Source: a virus (taxonomy: Duplodnaviria; Caudoviricetes). Taken from it: a stretch of 40,022 nucleotides of DNA. Numbering within the stretch: position 1 is the first letter of the stretch; every line of letters begins with the position of its first letter. The notes under the pieces were generated by a model. It was given only the letters and a program-made list of their open reading frames with translations. It was not told the origin of the DNA and made no database searches. Shown piece by piece: positions 1 to 8,022 of the stretch. The stretch covers positions 1-40,022 of IMG/VR virus record IMGVR_UViG_3300027769_000060; one strand, 5' to 3'. The position numbers and the translations under genes were made by a program.

Positions 1-130
1 GTATATAAAAGGTTAATTTCTGTTCACGCGCGTTAATTTCTGTTAGGTTAAACCTAGCGAGATGTGTTACTGTAACATTGTCGATTGATGGCGGGGGTCT
101 TGCTTTTCGATAGCAGCCCCCCCCCCACCA
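1..130. repeat. Terminal direct repeat, copy 1 (likely circular-assembly overlap)
   Basis: 1-130 matches 39892-40022 except for the poly-C tract (C10 here, C11 at the end). Confidence 0.95.
12..44. promoter_or_regulatory. 13-bp direct repeat GTTAATTTCTGTT x2 in the divergent repressor/cro intergenic region
   Basis: Copies at 12-24 and 32-44 (20-bp period), followed by the palindrome TGTTAC-T-GTAACA at 65-77; candidate operators. Confidence 0.5.
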
Positions 131-154
131 TAAATTCGTTAAGAAAGAATAAAC

Positions 155-790
155 ATGGTTGGGCTAGACGAAACTGAACGTAACAAGCGATGGTTTCAAA
201 ATAAGTTAGAGGAACGCGACCTCACTTATCGAAGCCTTGCTGCAATGATGGACATGAATGGTCCAGACGTTAGCCGCATCATCAATGGCCAACGCAATAT
301 CCGCGCTGATGAAGCCACCAAACTGGCAAAGATCCTTCGGGTTCCCGTCGAGGATATATTAAAGAGAGCGACAGCCACCTCCCCCATCTCCAGGTATGAA
401 AAGAGTGACGTTAAGCGCTCGCCTTATGTCGCTGTCGTTGGCTATGTCGATGAATCAGGCGCGGTTAAGAAGGGCGGGACGGCAACGGCTGCTGAACGCC
501 GCGTTACTCGGCCATCAAGGGCGGGCGATGATACTGTCGCGCTTCGGCTGCTAGACATGGGGCCTTTGAACGGCTGGCTGCTTTATTATGCTCCCCTCAC
601 CTATGTTCACGACAAGGCTGTTGGCAGTATGTGTGTCGTTGAGACTGAGGATGGGCGTAAATTGTTACGCCATGTGCAGTCTTCGGGGAGAGCAAAACAA
701 TTTAAATTGCTTGATTTTACATGTAACAAGGAAGAATTAATTGAATTAAAAACCGCTGCGCCAATTATTTGGATGAAACCGGGAAATTAA
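155..790 (+). CDS. CI-like XRE-family HTH repressor with degenerate S24-like C-terminal domain
   Basis: N-terminal HTH (LTYRSLAAMMDMNGPDVSRIINGQRNIRADEATKLAKIL); C-terminal VAVVGYV...CVVETEDGRKLLRHV pattern; divergent from a Cro-like gene across the circular junction. Confidence 0.8.
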   Translation: MVGLDETERNKRWFQNKLEERDLTYRSLAAMMDMNGPDVSRIINGQRNIRADEATKLAKILRVPVEDILKRATATSPISRYEKSDVKRSPYVAVVGYVDESGAVKKGGTATAAERRVTRPSRAGDDTVALRLLDMGPLNGWLLYYAPLTYVHDKAVGSMCVVETEDGRKLLRHVQSSGRAKQFKLLDFTCNKEELIELKTAAPIIWMKPGN

Positions 791-794
791 AATT

Positions 795-1150
795 GATAAT
801 TTAGAATAATTTAAATTCATTATTTGATGGGCGTTAAGTGGATGTTCTAGTGAAAGCCAGAATATTTGTTACAGTGGAATATTTGCAAGTGATTGTTTTT
901 GACCAAATATTCTAGCATTCTAGTAATTCCACTGTTTTTCGGGCGAAATCCTATATAGAAATATTTATAGATAAAAACGCAACAACTTGTATATGTGTTA
1001 CATATAGTTTTTATATATAGTCTTTATATTATATTAGAATATATAGAATAGTAGAATATATATATATAATATATTGATATATATAGATAAAAAATATTCT
1101 AATGTGCTGTAACAAGTCGAGTGCTTCATTAGAATACTAGAATATTTTCT
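795..1150. other. Very AT-rich non-coding region with about 11 TAGAATA/TATTCTA-type repeats; putative replication origin
   Basis: Copies at 802, 844, 858, 875, 908, 917, 1035, 1044, 1052, 1095, 1130, 1138 (approximate) in both orientations; IHF-consensus matches at 886-898 and 1067-1079. Confidence 0.55.
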
Positions 1151-1208
1151 CTCCCGCTTTTGATGGCCGTATGGGCGTAAAGTTGCGCGTGATTTTTGAG
1201 GGCAAAAT

Positions 1209-1235
1209 AAAAGCGCGGAACATTGCCGCGCTTTT
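1209..1235 (-). terminator. Intrinsic terminator (potentially bidirectional)
   Basis: AAAAGCGCGG-aacattg-CCGCGCTTTT stem with T tracts on both strands, just after the 1259 stop. Confidence 0.8.
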
Positions 1236-1258
1236 GAGTTGATCGACGGCGCAAGGGA

Positions 1259-1684
1259 TCAAATGCCCCAGATTGCTTCGTCTTCTAGTTTTTCGTTTTC
1301 TGGGTAGGTATCACGAATGAGGTCTATTAAACGCGCTGCTAGGGTTTGTTTGTAATCGTCAGTTTCACATGCTTGGTATTCAAAACATTCGCATGCTTTT
1401 CTGATCTGAGCGATCACCCTTTCCTCTGTTATTTGCTTTTTTACCGAAGGGTATAAACTCGCGCTTGCGCCTCTTCGGGAATAAACGCGGGCGATCAAAT
1501 CTCGCGGCGATATTTCCTCAAAAGCATAATCTGAGGCGCAATCCCGGTCTGTCCCTTCCCCGTATCTAGCGGCAAGGCTGCGCAAGTTTTCCTGTAGCAA
1601 GATATTGAACATATTTTCTGAGGGGATCGGCGTTGAATTTACGATCAGGTTAAGATGGTCTTGAGAACATAGAAAAGCAGACAT
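1259..1684 (-). CDS. Uncharacterised early phage protein (141 aa)
   Basis: Start reassigned to ATG 1684 (MSAFLCSQDHL) with RBS GGAG; ENLRSLAARY and C-x-EYQACE motifs recall a recurrent phage hypothetical family. Confidence 0.75.
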   Translation of the reverse strand: MSAFLCSQDHLNLIVNSTPIPSENMFNILLQENLRSLAARYGEGTDRDCASDYAFEEISPRDLIARVYSRRGASASLYPSVKKQITEERVIAQIRKACECFEYQACETDDYKQTLAARLIDLIRDTYPENEKLEDEAIWGI

Positions 1685-1710
1685 TGGCTTGGCTCCAATT
1701 AACGCGATGC

Positions 1711-1760
1711 TTTGGCGCATCTTGAGGGGCGCATTTCTGCGCCCCTGGGGATGCGTCAAG
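1711..1760 (-). promoter_or_regulatory. Long intergenic hairpin, possible RNase III or stability element
   Basis: TTGGCGCATC..GGGGCGCA-tttc-TGCGCCCC..GATGCGTCAA nested stems; no U tract. Confidence 0.5.
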
Positions 1761-2664
1761 CCGCTGCGCGCGATTGGCTGCTGGCTTGTTGAGCGAAAAA
1801 CTCGGTAATCCGCCAAAGCGCTTTATTAACGCGCACGTCTTGGTCAATGCCCTTGATTTCGCGCGTCGTCGTCATTCTGCCGCGCTGATAACGTCCGCGT
1901 TCATCGTATGAATGAGGGCTGCGCGCTGAAAGACCGCCGCGGATGGCGTTTTCTTGGATCACGTTAAAGCGCGTCCATAGATCGTCAGCCCTATCATCAG
2001 CGCGTCTAGCCTGTAACAGTTGCTCCGGTTGTATCGCTGTCGTTTGATTGCCCTCTTCGTCAACGGGGAAACGAATTTCATGGGCCAATTCTGCCAACAT
2101 TCTAGCAGCGTCATTGTTGACTGTGATCTGGCTCCAGTCTTGAGGCGCAGCCAATAGATTTTGCGCCTCTCCTAAAACGCGATATGTCCCCTCGATTACG
2201 TTGTCTATGGCGTTGCCGCTGTGGCGAACTTTTACGCTGTCGATTGTGCTCGTTTGAGCGACTAGGCTATTTAAGCAGCGAATGCGGAACATTCCCGCCA
2301 TAAGATCGTAAGCGCTTGTTCCGTCGTTGGCGTTTTTAAGGATAATTTCGCAAATGTTGTCTCCGACCTTATAAGCGCTTTCGTTGTCGAAACGGCGCAG
2401 GCGAATCATATGCTTCGTGAATGCGCGCTTTCCTTCATCCTTGCTTCCGCCTTGGCGCGCGGCGACAGGAAAAAACCCCTCTTTCCGAAGGCCATTCAAA
2501 ACGTCGATAGTTGGAATGGCTTTAAAACGCTCGGATCTGCTCTCATGCGCCTCAAGCGCAAAAATAGACGGTGCTGATTTAAATAGTTGTTCATCGGTCA
2601 AAGGCTGCGCTGTGTCAAAGCGGGCTGAGTTGCTGTAGATTGTGTTTGATCTATGAAAGTTCAT
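1756..2664 (-). CDS. DUF932/DUF945 (YafZ/YubP-like) protein
   Basis: APSIFALEAHESRSERFKAIPTIDVL, FTKHMIRLRR, NANDGTSAY, AGMFRIRCLNSLV, LWTRFNVIQEN motifs; RBS GGAG. Confidence 0.85.
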   Translation of the reverse strand: MNFHRSNTIYSNSARFDTAQPLTDEQLFKSAPSIFALEAHESRSERFKAIPTIDVLNGLRKEGFFPVAARQGGSKDEGKRAFTKHMIRLRRFDNESAYKVGDNICEIILKNANDGTSAYDLMAGMFRIRCLNSLVAQTSTIDSVKVRHSGNAIDNVIEGTYRVLGEAQNLLAAPQDWSQITVNNDAARMLAELAHEIRFPVDEEGNQTTAIQPEQLLQARRADDRADDLWTRFNVIQENAIRGGLSARSPHSYDERGRYQRGRMTTTREIKGIDQDVRVNKALWRITEFFAQQASSQSRAAA

Positions 2665-2712
2665 TATCTTGGCTCCAAAGTTAAATCAGGTTGTTACGTT
2701 TTTCACACCGCT

Positions 2713-2820
2713 TTAGGCAAATAAAAGAATTGGCGCGGCAAGTGCAGCAATCGCAAGGAACATAATCCCCAAAATTACGCCGAACTTCTCAACTCTTTCG
2801 TTGGTTAAATCGTGATCCAT
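2713..2820 (-). CDS. Small single-TM membrane protein (35 aa; not in ORF track)
   Basis: MDHDLTNERVEKFGVILGIMFLAIAALAAPILLFA*, preceded by AAGGGG RBS. Confidence 0.6.
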   Translation of the reverse strand: MDHDLTNERVEKFGVILGIMFLAIAALAAPILLFA

Positions 2821-2871
2821 TGTTAGCCCCTTGTGTATTTGTGTGATTTGCTATGATCTAAAGTTATCACA

Positions 2872-2890
2872 CGTTACGTTTAACGCAACA
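2872..2890 (-). promoter_or_regulatory. 19-bp motif copy TGTTGCGTTAAACGTAACG overlapping a putative leftward promoter
   Basis: Member of the dispersed motif family; TTGCGT-N16-TAACTT on the - strand. Confidence 0.6.
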
Positions 2891-2940
2891 GCAAAATTAA
2901 AATTCTTTCGTCTTTTTTGTTGATGTGATATTTCAGCAAC

Positions 2941-3447
2941 ATGATTGACACTCTTCCTTCAACTGAAATCCAATCAATCGTGAATCACGTAATTGATCTT
3001 GTTCTTGACGGTTGCTCTTTGCGAGAAGCGGTCAAAAAGGTTGGAATTAGCCCGAAAAAATTCTCTCACGCGCTTCAAGGTGATAAAGACGCCGCTCGCG
3101 CTTATGCTCGCGCTTTAGAAATTAAAGCGGATTTATTGGCGGACGATATAATTCAAATAGCGGATACTGCCGAAGACGCGGCGAAAGCGCGTAATCAAAT
3201 AGATTCGAGAAAGTGGATAGCCTCAAAACTATACGCTCAACGTTATGGCGAACGAATAGACCTAAACGTGACCCAAACAATAGATATTGGTTCAACGTTA
3301 GCCGAAGCGCGCGCACGTTTGCGACCTATATGCGACCAGTCAAACGTCATAGATTCACAGGTTATTGATATTACTGAGGCTATTGATAGCCGATCAACTG
3401 ATAAGCAATCAGTGAATAACGATTTGCAGCCCGATATTTTCTCATAA
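2941..3447 (+). CDS. terS: Terminase small subunit
   Basis: N-terminal HTH, ADLLADDIIQIAD and IDSRKWIASKLYAQRYGERID motifs; upstream of TerL. Confidence 0.85.
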   Translation: MIDTLPSTEIQSIVNHVIDLVLDGCSLREAVKKVGISPKKFSHALQGDKDAARAYARALEIKADLLADDIIQIADTAEDAAKARNQIDSRKWIASKLYAQRYGERIDLNVTQTIDIGSTLAEARARLRPICDQSNVIDSQVIDITEAIDSRSTDKQSVNNDLQPDIFS

Positions 3448-3575
3448 CACCCCCTCCCCACCTCAAATCGCGTGGCCCCCTGGGGGTGGGGGTGGGGGCC
3501 AAATCGGCTGGCGAAAAGTTTATACGGGGTCCCTACGATGTCGGATTTTTATTTTTTAAAAAATTTTTGAATTCA
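3448..3575. other. C-tract / G5-T-G5-T-G5 / A-T tract element between terS and terL; candidate packaging or terminus signal
   Basis: GGGGGTGGGGGTGGGGG at 3482-3498, inverted TGGCCCCC/GGGGGCCA, then TTTTTTATTTTTTAAAAAATTTTT. Confidence 0.4.
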
Positions 3576-3607
3576 ATTTGCCGTAACAATTAGGAACCCC
3601 CTACTCC

Positions 3608-5158
3608 ATGGCCAAACAGCAAGCGATCTACACCGCCGCACAAGAACAACAGCTCATGGTCGAATTATGGGACCCCCAGATATACAATGACCCCTTAGCC
3701 TTTGTTCTCTTTGCCTTTCCTTGGGGCAAACCAAACACGCCTCTTGAGCACATGAAGGGTCCGCGTGGCTGGCAGCGCGAGACGATGCAAGAGATGACGA
3801 GGCACATTAAGGCGAATGAACTTCGTGCGGCGAATAAGAAGTTGATGGAGATGTGGCGGAGTGCGGACGCCAGTGGCCGTGGGATAGGAAAGTCGGCGCT
3901 GGTCAGTATGCTTACGCTTTGGTTTATGACGACGCGGATTGGATCGACGGTCATTATTACGGCGAATACTGAGCAACAGCTAAGATCAAGGACGATGGCT
4001 GAGTTGGGTAAGTGGACCGCGCTCTCTATTAATAGCCATTGGTGGGAGCCAACGGCGATGTCGCTCAAGCCTGCGGAGTGGTTTGGCGAAGCGGTTAAGA
4101 GAGATTTGAAAATTGACTTGGGCTATTGGTATGCGAGTGGGCAATTGTGGAGTGAAGAAAACCCAGATGCGTTCGCGGGTATTCATAATCATCATGGCGT
4201 TATGCTGATATTTGATGAGGCGAGCGGTATTCCAAAGCCGATTTGGACTGTCAGCGAGGGCTTTTTTACGGAGCCAATACCGGACAGATATTGGTTTGTA
4301 TTCTCTAACCCGCGGAGAAATAGCGGGGCTTTCTTTGAATGTTTCCATAAGGACCGGAATTTCTGGCGGACGCGGAATATTGACTCCCGTTCTGTGGAGG
4401 GAACGGATCACGGAACGTTTAATAAGATCATTGCCCAATATGGCGAGGACAGTGACGAAGCCAGGGTTGAGGTAAAAGGTCAGTTTCCAAACCAGGGCAG
4501 CAATCAGTTTATTGGGAAGGATGCGGCGTTGAATGCGCAGATGCGCGAGCCGATCCCTGATCCTGGCGCTCCTTTGTTGATGGGGGTTGACGTTGCGAGG
4601 TTTGGTGAAGATCGGAGTGTTATTGCGTTTAGGAAAGGACGCGATGCGACGATCATTCCTTGGCATAAGTATAAAGGGTTGGACACGGTTCAGCTTGCGG
4701 GGATTGTTGCGGACTTGGCGGGGAAGCATAAGCCAAGTGCTATTTTTGTGGATGGGAATGGTGTTGGTGGCGGTGTTGTCGATAATTTGAAGGCGTGGGG
4801 ATATAGGGTTGTTGAGGTTCAGATGGGCAGCAGCCCGACAGATGGCGACACTTATTATAATAAGCGTGTGGAGATATGGGGTCGGCTCCGTGAATGGCTT
4901 ATGACGGGGACCATTCCCAATGATACGGAATTATTTAGCGACCTCATATCGCCAGAATATTCCTATCACCCTGTGTCTAATAAGATACAGTTGGAAGGCA
5001 AAGACCATATGAAGCAGAGAGGCTTGGCCAGTCCCGATTTGGCCGAAGCCTTGGCGCTGACTTTCGCGCAACCTGTGGCGAGGATAGACGCGCCAAGCTC
5101 TCGTAACAATCAAAAGAACCGCATGGCGCGGGATGTGGATTATAGTCTTTTTTCTTAA
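3608..5158 (+). CDS. terL: Terminase large subunit
   Basis: Walker A SGRGIGKS, Walker B LIFDEASG, SNPRR coupling motif, nuclease GVDVARFGED and SPDLAEAL. Confidence 0.95.
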   Translation: MAKQQAIYTAAQEQQLMVELWDPQIYNDPLAFVLFAFPWGKPNTPLEHMKGPRGWQRETMQEMTRHIKANELRAANKKLMEMWRSADASGRGIGKSALVSMLTLWFMTTRIGSTVIITANTEQQLRSRTMAELGKWTALSINSHWWEPTAMSLKPAEWFGEAVKRDLKIDLGYWYASGQLWSEENPDAFAGIHNHHGVMLIFDEASGIPKPIWTVSEGFFTEPIPDRYWFVFSNPRRNSGAFFECFHKDRNFWRTRNIDSRSVEGTDHGTFNKIIAQYGEDSDEARVEVKGQFPNQGSNQFIGKDAALNAQMREPIPDPGAPLLMGVDVARFGEDRSVIAFRKGRDATIIPWHKYKGLDTVQLAGIVADLAGKHKPSAIFVDGNGVGGGVVDNLKAWGYRVVEVQMGSSPTDGDTYYNKRVEIWGRLREWLMTGTIPNDTELFSDLISPEYSYHPVSNKIQLEGKDHMKQRGLASPDLAEALALTFAQPVARIDAPSSRNNQKNRMARDVDYSLFS

Positions 5159-5224
5159 GTTTCATATTTCGTAACGTGGTGTTATATTGACAGCCTGTTT
5201 GACTTGACATCAAGGGCTGGCGTC

Positions 5225-5581
5225 ATGGGTTTTAATCTCGGAAAAATTTTTAGAACTGTTTTTAACCCCCTCGTTGGCCGAGCTACGCCTGCCGCTCAGT
5301 CGGCGGCGTATCAGGCGCAAGGCATGGCTGCGGCTAATCAGGTGGCGACACAGATTAATAATACGGCTGCGGCAAACAATGCGGCAACGGCGCAACAAGC
5401 GGCAGTTCAGCAACAGCAGGCAACGCAGAACCAGTTGCAGGCAGATAATCTCGCTGCGGCAGATGAATCGATGAGAAATGCAGCGCGCTTGGCGTCTAAA
5501 GGCTCGACTGCAAACGTTCTTTACGGATCGAACTACAACAAGAAAGATGAAAAGACATCATCTGTATTGTTGGGCGCATAA
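5225..5581 (+). CDS. Small Ala/Gln-rich putative virion protein upstream of portal
   Basis: ATG at 5225; C-terminal EKTSSVLLG; position typical of small pre-portal virion genes. Confidence 0.65.
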   Translation: MGFNLGKIFRTVFNPLVGRATPAAQSAAYQAQGMAAANQVATQINNTAAANNAATAQQAAVQQQQATQNQLQADNLAAADESMRNAARLASKGSTANVLYGSNYNKKDEKTSSVLLGA

Positions 5582-5592
5582 GGAAATTTATC

Positions 5593-6057
5593 ATGGGCGA
5601 TTTTTGGAGTGATTGGTATGACGCCATAAAGGCGCAAGCTAAAGAAGTAGAAAAGACTGTTTCATATGTTGGCAGTTCTGTTTCTTCTGCTGGATCGGCA
5701 ATAGCGAGTAGTCCAGAAACTCAACAAGCGATTGCTAGTTCTGTTGCGGATTCACAGCAGGCTTCAGCAACACAAGCCGCTCAAGCCCAAGCTCAAGCGG
5801 AACAAAAGAAAGCAATCGAAACAACCAAAACTAACACAATCAATGCAGCTAATGACGCGATGATTAAACAAGCGTCTGCTGGCGCAAAAGGTTTTTCGTC
5901 TAATATTCTGACTGGCGCGCAAGGTGTCGATAAGTCGAAAGAAAAAACTTCGGCTTTGGTCCTTGGCGGATCAGACGCCCCAGGCAATAAAAGCCTTGGC
6001 GGAATGGCGCCACAGCAACAGATGCAAGGTCGTGTTAAGAAAGTATTAGGACGCTGA
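5593..6057 (+). CDS. Small putative virion protein, probable paralogue of 5225-5581
   Basis: AAGGA RBS; SNILTGAQGV..EKTSALVLGG and terminal KKVLGR. Confidence 0.7.
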   Translation: MGDFWSDWYDAIKAQAKEVEKTVSYVGSSVSSAGSAIASSPETQQAIASSVADSQQASATQAAQAQAQAEQKKAIETTKTNTINAANDAMIKQASAGAKGFSSNILTGAQGVDKSKEKTSALVLGGSDAPGNKSLGGMAPQQQMQGRVKKVLGR

Positions 6058-6058
6058 T

Positions 6059-7762
6059 ATGGTTGATGACTCTCAGGTTCGCGTCCCGAAGGGTCAGCGC
6101 AACCAAGAAATAGCGAATAAGATACTTCAAGAGTTTGTCCCGCTTGAGTATAAGCGGGGCATTTGGGAACAGCATTGGGAAGAAGTGGCGCAGAAAGTTC
6201 TGCCCTACTACTCAACGAGTTTCTACAGACAGGGGAACATGACTCCTGGCGTAAAACGTAATCAATATCAGTATGACACCACAGCGAATGCGGCGTTATG
6301 GAAATTCGCAGCAGCGATGGAGAGCATGCTGACGCCTGCCAATAATAAGTGGCATCGGTTGCGTCATCCTGACATGCAACTAATGCAACGCCGCGATGTG
6401 CAGGAATGGTTTGATAACGTCAATGATGCGCTGTTTTATTATCGCTACAGCCCTCATTCCGGTTATCAGGCGAATCAGCATGACGGTTATGTAGGACTTG
6501 GCGCATTTGGAACAGCTTGTCTCTTTACTGATGACTTTAAAGACCCAACAAACCCGAAAGTAAAAGGGCTGCGATATAGAAACGTTCATCTTGGCGAATT
6601 GTTCTTTGCGACAAACTTTCAAGGGCAAGTCGATAAGGTGTTTCGCCGTTTCAAGATGACGTTGCGGCAGATTGCGCAGCGTTTTGGTCTTGAGAACTTT
6701 CCTGAGACATATTTGAATCAGTTGAAAGACAAGCCGGAAACGGAAGTTCAGATTATTCACGCTGTCATGCCGCGGGATAAGACAAAACTTACGCCACCCG
6801 TAAATAGCAAAGACTATAGATACGCCAGTTTCTATGTGTTGCGAGATAGTTGCAATCTGTTGAGCGAGGGCGGCTATCGCTGCATGCCCTATTCGACCAG
6901 TCGCTATATTACGGCTCCAGGCGAATTGTTTGGCCGTTCTCCAGCGATGAATGTGTTGCCTGCGATCAACGTCTTGAATGAAGAGAAAAAGACGATGATT
7001 AAGCAAGGACACAGGGCGGTTGATCCTGTGTTGCTGGCGCATGATGACGGCGTGATTGATGGGTTCTCGTTAAAGCCAGGTGCGGTGAACTACGGCGGCG
7101 TTAATGCCGATGGCCGCGCACTGGTTCATGTCTTGCCGACGGGCAATGTCGCCGTAGGCAAGGACATGATGGATGACGAACGCATGGCGATTAACGACGC
7201 CTTCTTAGTCACCTTGTTCCAAATATTAGTTGAGACGCCGCAGATGACGGCGACTGAAGTGTTGGAGCGCGCAAGAGAAAAAGGCGCGTTACTGTCTCCA
7301 ACGATGGGGCGGTTCCAGGCTGAAAGCATTGGACCACAGATTGAACGCGAGTTTGATCTGTTGGCTTGGCAAGAGCTTATCCCCCCTCCCCCGCAAGCCT
7401 TGGTTGAGGCGGGTGCGGAATATCAGGTTGAGTATGATGCGCCATTAAACCGCGCGATGCGGGCTGATGAAGCGGCTGGCACGATGCGCACAATTCAATG
7501 GGCTGCGGAGATTGCGACACAAACGCAAGACCCTACAGTTATGGATTGGTTCAATACGGATGCGATTGTGCCTGAGTTGATGCAAGTCAATGGCGCTCCG
7601 TTCCGCTATATCCGCGATCCGCAGGAAGTGGAACAAATGCGTCAAGGCAGGAAGGCGGCGCAGGAGCAACAGCAACTTCTGCAAAGCATGCCTGGAATGG
7701 CGCAAATGATGAAAGCGACCAATCCAGAAGGCACAAGTCCTAACGCAGGACAGCCTGTTTAA
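6059..7762 (+). CDS. Portal (head-tail connector), T7/BPP-1 type
   Basis: 567 aa; GAFGTAC, GELFGRSPAM and MTATEVLERAREK motifs. Confidence 0.95.
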   Translation: MVDDSQVRVPKGQRNQEIANKILQEFVPLEYKRGIWEQHWEEVAQKVLPYYSTSFYRQGNMTPGVKRNQYQYDTTANAALWKFAAAMESMLTPANNKWHRLRHPDMQLMQRRDVQEWFDNVNDALFYYRYSPHSGYQANQHDGYVGLGAFGTACLFTDDFKDPTNPKVKGLRYRNVHLGELFFATNFQGQVDKVFRRFKMTLRQIAQRFGLENFPETYLNQLKDKPETEVQIIHAVMPRDKTKLTPPVNSKDYRYASFYVLRDSCNLLSEGGYRCMPYSTSRYITAPGELFGRSPAMNVLPAINVLNEEKKTMIKQGHRAVDPVLLAHDDGVIDGFSLKPGAVNYGGVNADGRALVHVLPTGNVAVGKDMMDDERMAINDAFLVTLFQILVETPQMTATEVLERAREKGALLSPTMGRFQAESIGPQIEREFDLLAWQELIPPPPQALVEAGAEYQVEYDAPLNRAMRADEAAGTMRTIQWAAEIATQTQDPTVMDWFNTDAIVPELMQVNGAPFRYIRDPQEVEQMRQGRKAAQEQQQLLQSMPGMAQMMKATNPEGTSPNAGQPV

Positions 7763-8022
7763 TGAGTGACGCAAAACAGTATCTAGCTGAACGTCGAACA
7801 GCCTATGTCCGAACGTTCAATACGCCTGCTGGCGAAGATGTCATGCGCGATTTGGCTAAGTTTTGTCGCGCTTATGAATCAACGTTTCATCCTGATCCGC
7901 GCGTTCATGCTGTGTTGGAAGGGCGGCGCGAGGTTTGGCTGAGACTGATTGAGCATCTGCGATTGTCAGATGATGACCTGTGGCGGATATACGCCTCGCA
8001 ACCAAAAGGAAATTTTAAATGA
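7762..8022 (+). CDS. Bbp19-like small protein
   Basis: FNTPAGEDVMRDL..LEGRREVWLRL; lies between portal and scaffold. Confidence 0.75.
   Translation: MSDAKQYLAERRTAYVRTFNTPAGEDVMRDLAKFCRAYESTFHPDPRVHAVLEGRREVWLRLIEHLRLSDDDLWRIYASQPKGNFK

Noticed and set aside
1-130. True physical terminal repeat (T7-like DTR)
   Set aside because: Ends at a homopolymer within the immunity region and is of assembly-overlap size; cannot be excluded without reads
795-1150. CRISPR mini-array or satellite
   Set aside because: Units are about 7 bp, irregularly spaced and in both orientations, with no repeat-spacer periodicity
1685-1816. N-terminal extension of the 185-aa ORF
   Set aside because: Overlaps DUF932 and a hairpin; a better ATG with RBS lies at 1684
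3986-4729. 247-aa antisense ORF inside terL (and similar at 6380-7042, 27261-27668, 34126-34590)
   Set aside because: Shadow ORFs opposite well-supported genes, with no recognisable motifs
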